From positions 5,818 to 69,817 of the forward strand of contig JBFWZB010000006.1 in assembly GCA_050185805.1 (NCBI GenBank): a stretch of 64,000 bases of DNA, written 5' to 3'. Positions 31,086 through 40,875 of the stretch are shown here, piece after piece; within the stretch, counting starts at the first letter, position 1, and the number at the start of each line of letters is the position of its first letter. The stretch comes from Hyphomonadaceae bacterium (GTDB lineage: Bacteria > Pseudomonadota > Alphaproteobacteria > Caulobacterales > Aquidulcibacteraceae). The notes beneath the pieces were generated by a model. That model made no database searches, was not told where the DNA came from, and saw nothing but the letters and a program-made list of their open reading frames with translations. The position numbers and the translations under genes are program-made.

Positions 31086-32537
31086 GTGAACAAGCCAGTC
31101 GATCCAAGCGTGGAAGACGTGAAAGCGCGTATGCGCGAGGTGCTTGATCACCAGAAGCGCGCACAGATGCGCATGGGACCGCCGGACGCCCGTTTACGCA
31201 AGGACAGGCTGACGCGCTGCATCACTCTATTGCTGACGCATCAGGATGAATTGGTGGAGGCGATTCAAGCCGATTTTGGCGCGCGCTCGCGCGACATGAC
31301 GCTGCTGACGGATATCGCTGCCGCAATCGGGCCGTTGAAGCTGGCGCGCGCGGAATTGGACGCATGGATGAAGCCGCGCAAGCGGAAAGTTTCGCCGGCC
31401 ACGCTCGCCGTGCTCGGGGCGCGTGCGGAGGTGCGCTACCAGCCGAAGGGTGTTGTGGGCGTGATGACGCCTTGGAATTTCCCCGTGCAACTCGCCATGG
31501 ATGCAATTGCCGGCGCCTTCGCTGCCGGCAACCGCGTCATGCTCAAGCCGTCGGAGTTTACGCCGGCGACCTCGGCGCTGCTGGCGCAAGTGTTCGATCT
31601 CTATTTCGACGAGGACGAGATCGCCGTCATCCTGGGCGGCGCCGATGTCGGCGCGGCCTTCTCGGCGCTGCCGTTCGATCATCTGATCTTCACCGGCGCG
31701 ACCTCTGTCGGGCGCCACGTCATGCGCGCCGCGGCGGACAATCTGACGCCGGTGACGCTCGAGCTGGGCGGCAAAAGCCCGGTCGTGATCGGGCGTAGTG
31801 CAGATATCGGCAAGACCGCCGCAAGGATCATGGCGGGCAAGGCCATGAATGCGGGCCAAGTTTGCCTTGCGCCGGACTATGTGTTGACGCCGCGCGAAAC
31901 GCTGGAGCCGCTGCTGCAGTCTTCGGAAGCGGCCGTCGCCAAGATGTTTCCCACTATCCGCGACAATGGCGATTACACCGCCATGATCAATCAGCGGCAC
32001 TATGAGCGCGTGCGAGGGCTAATCGATGACGCACGGCAAAAGGGTGCGCGCGTCGTGGAGCTCAATCCGGCGAAAGAGGATTTTACGCAGCAGGAGCACC
32101 GGCGCATTCCGCCCACGCTCATCATCGAGCCAACCGACGACATGAAGGTGATGCAGGAGGAAATTTTCGGCCCCGTCCTGCCGATCAAGACCTACATCAA
32201 TTTCGAAGAGACCGTCGCCGACATCAACGCCCGGCCACGGCCGCTGGCGCTTTATTATTTCGGCGACGACAGCGCCGAGAGCGGCGCGCTGCTCGAGCGG
32301 ACGCATTCGGGCGGCGTGACCATCAATGACGTGATCTTCCATTTCTCGATGGACGATCTGCCCTTCGGCGGTGTCGGCCCGTCAGGCATGGGCGCCTACC
32401 ACGGCCACCGCGGGTTCCTCGAATTCAGCCACGAGAAAGCGGTGCTGCGGCAGACGCCAAGCGAACTCATCGCCATGCTGCGCCCGCCCTATGGCGAAGC
32501 GTTCCGTAAGCAGGTCGCGGCGCGGCTCAAGCCCTAG
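31086..32537 (+). CDS. coniferyl aldehyde dehydrogenase-like ALDH
   Basis: PWNFP, KPSEFTP, LELGGKSP, GQVCLAPDY, EEIFGP, PFGGVG.SGMG. Confidence 0.9.
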   Translation: MNKPVDPSVEDVKARMREVLDHQKRAQMRMGPPDARLRKDRLTRCITLLLTHQDELVEAIQADFGARSRDMTLLTDIAAAIGPLKLARAELDAWMKPRKRKVSPATLAVLGARAEVRYQPKGVVGVMTPWNFPVQLAMDAIAGAFAAGNRVMLKPSEFTPATSALLAQVFDLYFDEDEIAVILGGADVGAAFSALPFDHLIFTGATSVGRHVMRAAADNLTPVTLELGGKSPVVIGRSADIGKTAARIMAGKAMNAGQVCLAPDYVLTPRETLEPLLQSSEAAVAKMFPTIRDNGDYTAMINQRHYERVRGLIDDARQKGARVVELNPAKEDFTQQEHRRIPPTLIIEPTDDMKVMQEEIFGPVLPIKTYINFEETVADINARPRPLALYYFGDDSAESGALLERTHSGGVTINDVIFHFSMDDLPFGGVGPSGMGAYHGHRGFLEFSHEKAVLRQTPSELIAMLRPPYGEAFRKQVAARLKP

Positions 32538-32538
32538 C

Positions 32539-34032
32539 TTACTTGCGCTTCAGGAAAGCGGGCGCGTTGTCGCCGAAGCCCTGCACCGGCGCGCCGCCTT
32601 CACGGCGGTCTTCGCGCGGCGGCCGCTGTTCGCGTGGCGCACGCTGTTCGTTGCGTGGTTCGCGCCATTCCTTGGCTTCGCGCGCGGGTGCGGGCTGAAC
32701 AGGTTCGGTGCTGGCCTCGCCGCGTCCCGGATCGCGCTTCATGTGCCGCTGCCGCTTATCGCCAAGCCGCTTCGAATGCTCGCGCTTCAATTCCTCGGCG
32801 CGGCGCCCGCGCCCGCCGCGATCGCTCGGGTCGCCCAGCGCGGCTTCGGGCAGGCCTTCGATCTGCGCCTTGTCGATCGTTTTGCCAGTGAGCTTCTCAA
32901 TGGCCTCGAGGCTTTTTCTGTCGCTGGGCCCGACCAATGTGAACGCTGCGCCCTGACGGCCCGCGCGGCCGGTCCGGCCGATGCGGTGGACGTAATCGTC
33001 GGGTGTGCGCGGCGGCTCGTAATTGAAGACGTGGCTGACGTCCGGGATGTCGAGACCGCGCGCGGCCACATCGGAAGCCACGAGGAATTGCAGATCGCCG
33101 GAACGGAAGCGGTCGAGAGTCTTCGTGCGCAACGATTGGTCGAGGTCGCCATGAATCGGCGAAGCGTTATAGCCGTGTCGCTTGAGCGATAGAGCAACAA
33201 CGTCGACGTCGCTTTTCCGGTTGCAGAAGATGATGCCGTTCTTCACGTCGTTGGCGTTCATCGTCGCGCGCAGGGCGGCGCGGCGTGTGCGCGGATCGCC
33301 GCCCGGCAGCATGACGACACGCTGGGCGATGGTGCTCGCCGTTGTCGCGGGCTTCGACACTTCAATCCGCAGCGGGTTGTGCAGAAAGGCCTGCGTCAAG
33401 CGCGTGATTTCCGGCGGCATCGTGGCGGAGAAGAAGAGGGTCTGGCGCGTGAACGGCGTCAGCTTGAAGATGCGCTCGATGTCGGGGATGAAGCCCATGT
33501 CGAGCATGCGGTCAGCTTCGTCGACGACCATGACCTGAACGCCGGTGAGCAGGAGCTTACCGCGTTCGAAATGGTCCAGCAGGCGGCCGGGCGTGGCGAT
33601 CAGCACATCGACGCCGCGCGCCAAGAGAGCGTCCTGGTCGCCGAAGGAAACGCCGCCGATCAAGAGCGCTTTGGTCAGCTTCTGATACTTGCCATATTTG
33701 TCGAAGGCCTCGGCGACTTGCGCGGCCAGTTCGCGCGTGGGCTCGAGGATGAGTGTGCGCGGCATGCGCGCGCGGGCGCGACCGGCGGCGAGAATGTCGA
33801 TCATCGGCAGCGTGAAGCTGGCGGTCTTGCCCGTGCCGGTTTGGGCGATGCCGAGAATGTCGCGGCCTTTGAGCACCTCCGGAATGGCGGCGGCCTGGAT
33901 CGGCGTCGGGATGTTGTAGCCGCCTTCCTTCACCGCGCGGAGCGTGGCTTCGGAAAGGCCGAGATCGTCGAAGGTTACGGTTTGGGCTGGCGTAGTTTGG
34001 GCGCCTTCGGGCGCAGTATTTTCAGAGGTCAT
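32539..34032 (-). CDS. DEAD-box RNA helicase (RhlE-like)
   Basis: AQTGTGKT, PTRELA, DEAD, SAT, ARGLD, HRIGRTGR. Confidence 0.95.
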   Translation of the reverse strand: MTSENTAPEGAQTTPAQTVTFDDLGLSEATLRAVKEGGYNIPTPIQAAAIPEVLKGRDILGIAQTGTGKTASFTLPMIDILAAGRARARMPRTLILEPTRELAAQVAEAFDKYGKYQKLTKALLIGGVSFGDQDALLARGVDVLIATPGRLLDHFERGKLLLTGVQVMVVDEADRMLDMGFIPDIERIFKLTPFTRQTLFFSATMPPEITRLTQAFLHNPLRIEVSKPATTASTIAQRVVMLPGGDPRTRRAALRATMNANDVKNGIIFCNRKSDVDVVALSLKRHGYNASPIHGDLDQSLRTKTLDRFRSGDLQFLVASDVAARGLDIPDVSHVFNYEPPRTPDDYVHRIGRTGRAGRQGAAFTLVGPSDRKSLEAIEKLTGKTIDKAQIEGLPEAALGDPSDRGGRGRRAEELKREHSKRLGDKRQRHMKRDPGRGEASTEPVQPAPAREAKEWREPRNEQRAPREQRPPREDRREGGAPVQGFGDNAPAFLKRK

Positions 34033-34186
34033 TCAATCTCACTTGGGGCGTTGCGGCCCTCGCCTCGGACGCGAAGGGACTGCAAGCCGCTTTGGGTTGG
34101 CGCTTCCGGCCGGCGTCATCCGCGGATCGGATGGGGGCGTTCAGCGAGGGCGAGCACGCCCTCGGGCGCGCACAACGGACAGGCCG

Positions 34187-34215
34187 CAAATGGGGGAATT
34201 TGCGCAAAAAGTCAA
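34187..34215 (-). promoter_or_regulatory. putative sigma70 promoter of the DEAD-box helicase gene (about 150-nt leader)
   Basis: Minus strand TTGACT-N17-CATTTG. Confidence 0.35.
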
Positions 34216-34237
34216 TGTTGGCGATGGCGCAATCGGC

Positions 34238-36271
34238 CTAGACGTCGATCTCGTCCGTCACGAACCGCGCGTTCTGCTGGATGTAGTTGAAGCGAAGCTC
34301 CGGCTTCTTGCCCATCAGCGTTTCGACCAGGCCTTCAAATTCGGGAACGCCGTTTTCATCGAGCACGACGCGCGCGAGCGTGCGCGTCGCCGGGTTCATG
34401 GTGGTGTCCTTCAGGTCCGCGGGCATCATCTCGCCCAAGCCCTTGAAGCGTGAAATCTCGACCTTGCGGTTTTTGAAGGCGCCCGCGAGCAACTCGTTCT
34501 TGTGCGCGTCATCGCGCGCATAGACGCTCTCTTTGCCAGCGGTGAGCCGATAGAGCGGCGGCATGGCGAGATACAAGCGTCCGGCGCGGATGAGGGCCGG
34601 CATCTGCTTGTGGAAATAGGTGATCAGCAACGAGGCGATGTGGGCGCCATCGACATCGGCGTCGGTCATGATGATCACACGCTCATAGCGCAGATCGTCG
34701 ACGTTGAACTTTGGCCCCATCTTCACGCCGAGCGCGAGCGCCAGATCGTTCAGCTCGGCGTTGCCGGCCATTTTGTCGCCGGTGGCGGAGGCGACGTTCA
34801 GGATCTTGCCGCGAAGCGGCAAGATGGCCTGGGTTTCGCGGTTGCGCGCCTGTTTGGCGGAGCCGCCGGCGCTGTCGCCCTCGACCAGGAAGATCTCCGT
34901 GCCCGTGGCGTCCGAGCGTGAGCAATCCGCGAGCTTGCCCGGCAAACGCAATTTGCGCGTCGCGGTCTGGCGCGAGACTTCCTTTTCCTTGCGCCGGCGC
35001 AGGCGATCCTCAGCTTGCGTAATCACCCATTCGAGCAATTTCTGCGCGTCGGCTGGCCGTGCCGCGAGCCAGTGGTCGAACGGATCGCGCACGGCTTGTT
35101 CGACAATTTTCTGCGCCTCAGTGGAGACGAGCCGGCCCTTGGTTTGGCCTTCGAATTGCGGGTCGCGGATGAACACGGAGACGAGCCCCGCCACCGTGTT
35201 CATGGTGTCTTCGGGCGTGATCAGATTGGCTTTGCGTTCGCCCTTCAGTTCAGCGTAGGCGCGCAAGCCCTTCGCCAAGGCTGCGCGCAAGCCTGCTTCG
35301 TGAAAGCCGCCATCGGGCGTGTAGATGGTATTGCAATAGGAGCGGACGAAGCCGTCGGCTTCGCCGAAGCCGTCAGCGATCCACGCGACTGCCCATTCGG
35401 TTCGCCCATGCGGGCCGTTCTTTTCGCTGCGGCCGAAAAAGGGCTCGCTCACGACGGCGCGCTTATCCTTGATCAGGGTGGTGAGGAAGTCCTGCAGCCC
35501 GTTCGGGAAATGCAGCACAGCCTCGGACGGCGTGTCGTCTTTGATGCGCGACGGATCACACTTCCAGCGGATTTGAACGCCGCGTTGCAGATAGGCCTTC
35601 GAGCGCGCCATCTGGAAAAGGCGCGCGGGCTTGAATGCTGCGCCCTCGCCGAAGATTTGCGCGTCAGGATGAAAGCGCACGCTGGTGCCGCGGCGATTGT
35701 GCGCTTGCCCCGCATCGACCAGCTTGGAGGTCGGCACGCCGCGCGAGAAGGTTTGGCGATAGAGCTTGCGATCGCGCGCCACTTCAACTTCGACGCGGTC
35801 CGACAGCGCATTCACGACCGAGACGCCGACGCCGTGGAGGCCGCCGGACGTGTGATAAACTTTGTCAGAGAATTTCCCGCCTGCGTGCAGCACCGTCATG
35901 ATGATTTCAAGCGCGGACTTCTTCGGGAATTTTGGGTGCGGATCGATCGGCATGCCGCGGCCATTGTCGGTGACGCGCAGCGTGCCATCGGCTTCGAGTT
36001 CGACTTCGATGCGGTCGGCGAAGCCGGCCACGGCTTCGTCCATCGAATTGTCGAGCACTTCGGCGAAGAGGTGATGCAACGCGCGTTCGTCGATGCCGCC
36101 GATATACATGCCAGGGCGCTTGCGGACCGGTTCAAGCCCTTCGAGAACCTCGATGTCCTTGGCTGTGTAGGAGCCGCCGGCTGACGGCGCAGGCCCGGTG
36201 TCGCCGAACAGGCCTTCGTCCCACAATTCCTCGGTCTTGCCCGTTTTGGGCTTCTTCTGCGCTTGCGCCAT
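34238..36271 (-). CDS. parE: DNA topoisomerase IV subunit B
   Basis: EVLDNSMDE, GGLHGVG, EGDSAGG, PLRGKILN, DADVDGAHI; lacks the GyrB insert. Confidence 0.95.
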   Translation of the reverse strand: MAQAQKKPKTGKTEELWDEGLFGDTGPAPSAGGSYTAKDIEVLEGLEPVRKRPGMYIGGIDERALHHLFAEVLDNSMDEAVAGFADRIEVELEADGTLRVTDNGRGMPIDPHPKFPKKSALEIIMTVLHAGGKFSDKVYHTSGGLHGVGVSVVNALSDRVEVEVARDRKLYRQTFSRGVPTSKLVDAGQAHNRRGTSVRFHPDAQIFGEGAAFKPARLFQMARSKAYLQRGVQIRWKCDPSRIKDDTPSEAVLHFPNGLQDFLTTLIKDKRAVVSEPFFGRSEKNGPHGRTEWAVAWIADGFGEADGFVRSYCNTIYTPDGGFHEAGLRAALAKGLRAYAELKGERKANLITPEDTMNTVAGLVSVFIRDPQFEGQTKGRLVSTEAQKIVEQAVRDPFDHWLAARPADAQKLLEWVITQAEDRLRRRKEKEVSRQTATRKLRLPGKLADCSRSDATGTEIFLVEGDSAGGSAKQARNRETQAILPLRGKILNVASATGDKMAGNAELNDLALALGVKMGPKFNVDDLRYERVIIMTDADVDGAHIASLLITYFHKQMPALIRAGRLYLAMPPLYRLTAGKESVYARDDAHKNELLAGAFKNRKVEISRFKGLGEMMPADLKDTTMNPATRTLARVVLDENGVPEFEGLVETLMGKKPELRFNYIQQNARFVTDEIDV

Positions 36272-36499
36272 GAGCGACCTTTAAGGTGTTTCGCCTCGGC
36301 CGAACAAGGCCGCACACCCGCACACGCTGCAAGGGTTCGGGTATCGCAAGGGTAAACGGCGCCAAACCCTAACGATGCAGTAACTCACGAGATTTCCTCG
36401 GAAAAAACACAGCTGACGAGGAAACCCGCGGCGGGGACGGTCGTTTGGCAGGCCGTAGCAGGCATGGCGTTGGGGAACGCATGCATAGGAGATTTCAGA

Positions 36500-37036
36500 A
36501 TGAAGATGTTTGCTTATGGCGTGGCCGCGGCCGCTCTGATGGCGCTGGCTGCGCCGGCCCACGCGCAGGCTGGCCGTGAAGGCGCGTATGTTGGCCTTGG
36601 CGCGTCACATTACAGCGTGGACGAAGTGGACGTCGTCGGCGCGACCGGCCGCTTGGGCTATCGTTTCCACCCGAATTTCGGCGTTGAAGGCGAAGCCTCG
36701 TTCGGCATCGACGGCGATGAGGCCGACATTCTCGGCACGCCCGTGGATATCGATCTCGAGAACCAGTACGGCGCCTACGCGGTCGGCTTCCTGCCGGTGA
36801 CGAGCAATCTCGAAGTGCTGGGGCGCGTCGGCTGGGCGTCGATCGACGCGGAAGGTTCGTTCGGCGGCTTCACCGCGGGCGCCAGCGATGACGGGCTCGG
36901 CCTCGGCGTAGGCGCGCAATATCACGTCAACGATCGCTTCGCGATCCGCGGCGACTACACGCGCCTTTCCGCCGACGGCAACGACGACATTGACGGAGTC
37001 GACACGTTCGGCCTGACGGGCATTGTCTCGTTCTAA
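36500..37036 (+). CDS. outer-membrane 8-stranded beta-barrel (porin family)
   Basis: AGGAG RBS, signal peptide AHA, alternating beta strands, C-terminal Phe. Confidence 0.88.
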   Translation: MKMFAYGVAAAALMALAAPAHAQAGREGAYVGLGASHYSVDEVDVVGATGRLGYRFHPNFGVEGEASFGIDGDEADILGTPVDIDLENQYGAYAVGFLPVTSNLEVLGRVGWASIDAEGSFGGFTAGASDDGLGLGVGAQYHVNDRFAIRGDYTRLSADGNDDIDGVDTFGLTGIVSF

Positions 37037-37060
37037 GCGGCGGAGCTTAGTGAAGAAGCG

Positions 37061-37095
37061 TTGGGCCGGAGCGAGACTCCGGCCCAATTCTTTTT
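37061..37095 (+). terminator. intrinsic terminator hairpin
   Basis: TTGGGCCGGAG-CGAGA-CTCCGGCCCAA followed by TTCTTTTT between convergent genes. Confidence 0.8.
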
Positions 37096-37099
37096 GCCG

Positions 37100-37702
37100 T
37101 CAAAACGGCCACCACCAGCGTTCGAGATCGTCGCGGCAGCGCGAAAGCTGGCCGGCGTACGTGTCGCGATAGCGCTGCACGCGATCGGCCGAGGCGAGCA
37201 GGGTTGAATTGCCTTCGTATGTGCCGCGGCGATAGCCGCCACGGCCTTCGTGATAAGCGAGGTAGTGGCCGCGCGCATTGGCGTAAGGCACGCCCAATTC
37301 GCGGTGGGTGAGGTTCGCATACCAGGAGACGAAATCGGCGGCGTCGCTGAACTCGTTGCGATCGGCGCCGTCGTCGCCGCGGGCGCGCTCATATTCTTGC
37401 CACGTCGTGTTGAGCGCCTGCGCGTAGCCGCGCGCGGAGGAGGCGCGCGGACCGGGAAAGACGAACAATATGCGCCCGCGCGGCGGCCGCGCGTTGTGCC
37501 GGAAGCCGCTCTCCTGTCGGATGATGGCCAATTGCAGTTCCGGCGGCGCGCCCCATCGATCTTCGGCGCGCTTCACCGAGCGCCACCAGCCGTCCTGGGT
37601 TTCGAACATTTCGCAAGCGTCGCCGGGATCGTCGGGGAGATCATTGGTGACGCATCCGGCCAGCGCGACGGCGCCGCCGAGGATGAGGGCGCGGCGATGC
37701 AT
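37100..37702 (-). CDS. SLT-like transglycosylase lipoprotein
   Basis: Lipobox LAGC; IRQESGF, SSARGYAQA, YLAYHEG. Confidence 0.85.
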   Translation of the reverse strand: MHRRALILGGAVALAGCVTNDLPDDPGDACEMFETQDGWWRSVKRAEDRWGAPPELQLAIIRQESGFRHNARPPRGRILFVFPGPRASSARGYAQALNTTWQEYERARGDDGADRNEFSDAADFVSWYANLTHRELGVPYANARGHYLAYHEGRGGYRRGTYEGNSTLLASADRVQRYRDTYAGQLSRCRDDLERWWWPF

Positions 37703-37752
37703 GGCTCCGCCCTTAAGCTGCGTCGCGCGCCGCGCCAATGGCGCGCGTCAGC

Positions 37753-37777
37753 GGAACCGGGAGAGCGCCGCTCCGTT
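37753..37777 (+). promoter_or_regulatory. EcfG/SigT general-stress promoter
   Basis: GGAAC-N16-CGTT ending 22 bp upstream of a general stress protein start. Confidence 0.75.
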
Positions 37778-37799
37778 CAGATTGAAACGGAGACGCAAC

Positions 37800-38291
37800 A
37801 TGCCCACCCAAACCGAGGTTGAAGAGAAGTTCTGGAAGGCCCTCAAATCCGACCGCACGATCATGCTGGGCCTGGCCGGAGACGGCCACGCGCAGCCCAT
37901 GACCGCTCAATTGGACGGCGACGAGGCCAGTGGACCGCTCTGGATTTTCTCAGCGTCGGACGTCGATCTCGTGCGCTCGATCGGCGCCGGCGCGCGAGGC
38001 GCCGCGCAATTCGCCGATAAAGGGCACAACCTCTTCGCCTCCGTCCATGGTGATCTCTCTGTCAGCACCGACATGGCGTTGATCGAGCGTCTCTGGAACC
38101 CGTTCGTTGCGGCTTGGTACGAAGGCGGCAAGGACGATCCAAAACTCCGCCTCATCCGCTTCGACGCCGCCGAGGCGCAAATCTGGTTGAATGAGAACAG
38201 CCTCTTTTCGGGCGTCAAGCTGCTCTTGGGCGCCGATCCCAAGGAAGAATACAAGGACAACGTGGCCGACATCGAGCTTCGCTCGACTTGA
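37800..38291 (+). CDS. pyridoxamine 5'-phosphate oxidase-like general stress protein
   Basis: HAQPMTA, LWIF, LWNPFVAAWYEGGKDDP. Confidence 0.88.
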   Translation: MPTQTEVEEKFWKALKSDRTIMLGLAGDGHAQPMTAQLDGDEASGPLWIFSASDVDLVRSIGAGARGAAQFADKGHNLFASVHGDLSVSTDMALIERLWNPFVAAWYEGGKDDPKLRLIRFDAAEAQIWLNENSLFSGVKLLLGADPKEEYKDNVADIELRST

Positions 38292-38302
38292 GCTGCGGCA
38301 AC

Positions 38303-38335
38303 AAAAAAGCGCCGGAGCTTGGGCTCCGGCGCTTT
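38303..38335. terminator. bidirectional intrinsic terminator
   Basis: AAAAAAGCGCCGGAGC-TTGG-GCTCCGGCGCTTT between convergent genes. Confidence 0.85.
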
Positions 38336-38355
38336 CCTATGCACAGGCCTCGCGA

Positions 38356-39759
38356 TCAGGCTTTGTAATACATATCGAACTCGACCGGGTGCGGATGGGT
38401 TTCGAAGCGGTCGAGTTCCTCTTTCTTCAGATCAATGTAGGCGTCGATCAGATCATCAGTCATGACGCCGCCCTTCATCAGGAAGTCGCGGTCGCGATCG
38501 AGCGCTGTCAGGGCTTCGCGCAAGCTGGCCGAGACGGTCGGCACGTCCTTCAATTCTTCCGGCGGCAGGTCGTAGAGGTTCTTGTCCAGCGGATCGCCGG
38601 GATGAATTTTCTTTTCGATGCCGTCGAGGCCGGCCATCAGCAGCGCGACGTAAGTGAGATACATGTTGCCGGCCGGATCGGGAAAGCGGACCTCCACGCG
38701 CTTGGCTTTGGCGCCTGAGCCGTGCGGAATGCGGCACGAGGCCGAGCGGTTCCGCGCGGAATAAGCCAACAGCACCGGGGCCTCGTAGCCGGGCACCAAG
38801 CGCTTGTAGGAATTGGTTGTGGAGTTGGCGAACGCGTTGATCGCTTTCGCGTGTTTGATGACGCCGCCGATATAATAAAGGCAAGTTTCGGATAGATCGG
38901 CGTAGCGATCGCCGGCGAACAGATTGCTGTCTTTCTTCCAGATCGACATGTGCACGTGCATGCCCGATCCGTTGTCCTTGAAATACGGCTTCGGCATGAA
39001 CGTCGCCGACTTGCCGTAGGACGCGGCGACCTGGTGAATGATGTACTTATAGAGGTTCATATTGTCGGCCATACGCGTCAGCGTATTGAACTTGAGGCCG
39101 AGTTCGTGCTGCGCGGGCGCGACTTCGTGGTGATGCTTTTCGGGCTTGAGGCCGAGATCGCCCATGATCTGCAGCATCTCGCCGCGCATGTCCTGCAAGC
39201 TGTCGACGGGCGGCACTGGGAAGTATCCGCCTTTCGGGCCCGGACGGTGGCCGAGATTGCCGCCCTCGTAGCTCTTGCCCGTGTTGGCCGGCAATTCGGT
39301 TGAATCGAACGAATAGCCCGTATTCCAAGGATCGGTTGACCACCGCACATCGTCGAACACGAAGAACTCGGCTTCTGGTCCGAAATACGCTGTGTCGCCG
39401 GCGCCTGAGGATTTCACATACGCTTCCGCCTTCTTGGCGATGCCGCGCGGGCAGCGCGTGTAGGGCTGCAACGTGCCGGGCTCGAGGATGTCGCAAAACA
39501 TCGCCAGCGTGGTCTGCTGGTAGAACGGGTCGATGTGCGCGCCTTCGGGGTCAGGGCGCATGACCATGTCGGACTCGTTGATCGCCTTCCAGCCAGCGAT
39601 GGAGGAGCCGTCAAACATCGTGCCTTCGGTGAAGATGTCCTTGTCGATCATCGACACGTCGAAAGTGACGTGCTGCATCTTGCCGCGCAGATCGTTGAAG
39701 CGGAGATCGACGTACTGGACCTCTTTGTCCTTAATCAGTTTCAGAATTTCGTCCGACAT
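38356..39759 (-). CDS. glnA: glutamine synthetase type I
   Basis: [34 protein letters not shown] adenylylation site. Confidence 0.98.
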   Translation of the reverse strand: MSDEILKLIKDKEVQYVDLRFNDLRGKMQHVTFDVSMIDKDIFTEGTMFDGSSIAGWKAINESDMVMRPDPEGAHIDPFYQQTTLAMFCDILEPGTLQPYTRCPRGIAKKAEAYVKSSGAGDTAYFGPEAEFFVFDDVRWSTDPWNTGYSFDSTELPANTGKSYEGGNLGHRPGPKGGYFPVPPVDSLQDMRGEMLQIMGDLGLKPEKHHHEVAPAQHELGLKFNTLTRMADNMNLYKYIIHQVAASYGKSATFMPKPYFKDNGSGMHVHMSIWKKDSNLFAGDRYADLSETCLYYIGGVIKHAKAINAFANSTTNSYKRLVPGYEAPVLLAYSARNRSASCRIPHGSGAKAKRVEVRFPDPAGNMYLTYVALLMAGLDGIEKKIHPGDPLDKNLYDLPPEELKDVPTVSASLREALTALDRDRDFLMKGGVMTDDLIDAYIDLKKEELDRFETHPHPVEFDMYYKA

Positions 39760-39810
39760 GAAGACCTCCCCGAGAGTTTCTGCGCGGGCCGCGCGATTCG
39801 CGCCCGGAAA

Positions 39811-40173
<363 letters not shown>

Positions 40174-40305
40174 TCACATCTGGCGCGTCTATAGACTGAC
40201 CCGGCGAGTCGGGAAGGCGGGGCGCGACAGGCGCGCTGCAGCTTGGCGGGGGCGCCTGATCGGGAGGCGCCGGGCGCCCGGAAAAGCGGCGCGAAGGAGC
40301 ACGGC

Positions 40306-40875
40306 ATGCGGCGCGTTTGGCTGATCCGGCACGCGGAGCCGACGGCGGGATGGGGCGAAGCCGCCGATCCAGGCCTTTCCGTCCGCGGTCAGACGCAGGC
40401 CGCGGCCTGCGCCGCAGCGATGCAGAACGTGGGCGTCTTCAATATCATTTCGTCGCCGATGCGGCGCTGCCGCGAGACGGCGGCGCCTCTGGCCGCGCTC
40501 CAAGCGCTCGGGCTCACGATCGATCCGCGCGTCAGCGAAGTTGCGGCGCCGTCCGGGACGGAGGATCGCGCTGGGTGGTTGCGGCGCACCTTTCCTTGGC
40601 GGGGCGACGTGGCGCCGACGATCTGGCCGCAGCTTTCGCCTGAGCTTTGGGCTTGGCGGGCCAACGTGCTGTCCGCTTTTGCCGATCTCGACGGCGACGT
40701 CGCCGTGTTCACGCATTTCATCGCCATCAACACGATCGCCGGCGCAGCGCTTGGCAGGCCGGAGACCATCGTGTGCAGACCCGCGCATGCTTCAATAACC
40801 GAACTCGCGATCGAAGGCGGCGCGTTGCGCTTGATTGCACACGGCGCGCAAATGCAGGGGGACGACGTTCGGTGA
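40306..40875 (+). CDS. histidine phosphatase family protein
   Basis: LIRHA, SSPMRRCRETA, VFTH. Confidence 0.85.
   Translation: MRRVWLIRHAEPTAGWGEAADPGLSVRGQTQAAACAAAMQNVGVFNIISSPMRRCRETAAPLAALQALGLTIDPRVSEVAAPSGTEDRAGWLRRTFPWRGDVAPTIWPQLSPELWAWRANVLSAFADLDGDVAVFTHFIAINTIAGAALGRPETIVCRPAHASITELAIEGGALRLIAHGAQMQGDDVR

Noticed and set aside
34238-36271. Calling the type II topoisomerase B subunit gyrB
   Set aside because: It is 677 aa without the proteobacterial GyrB insert and has ParE-type motifs.
36369-36384. CtrA-like site CTAA-N7-GTAAC between parE and the porin
   Set aside because: Two mismatches to TTAA-N7-TTAAC; too weak without conservation data.
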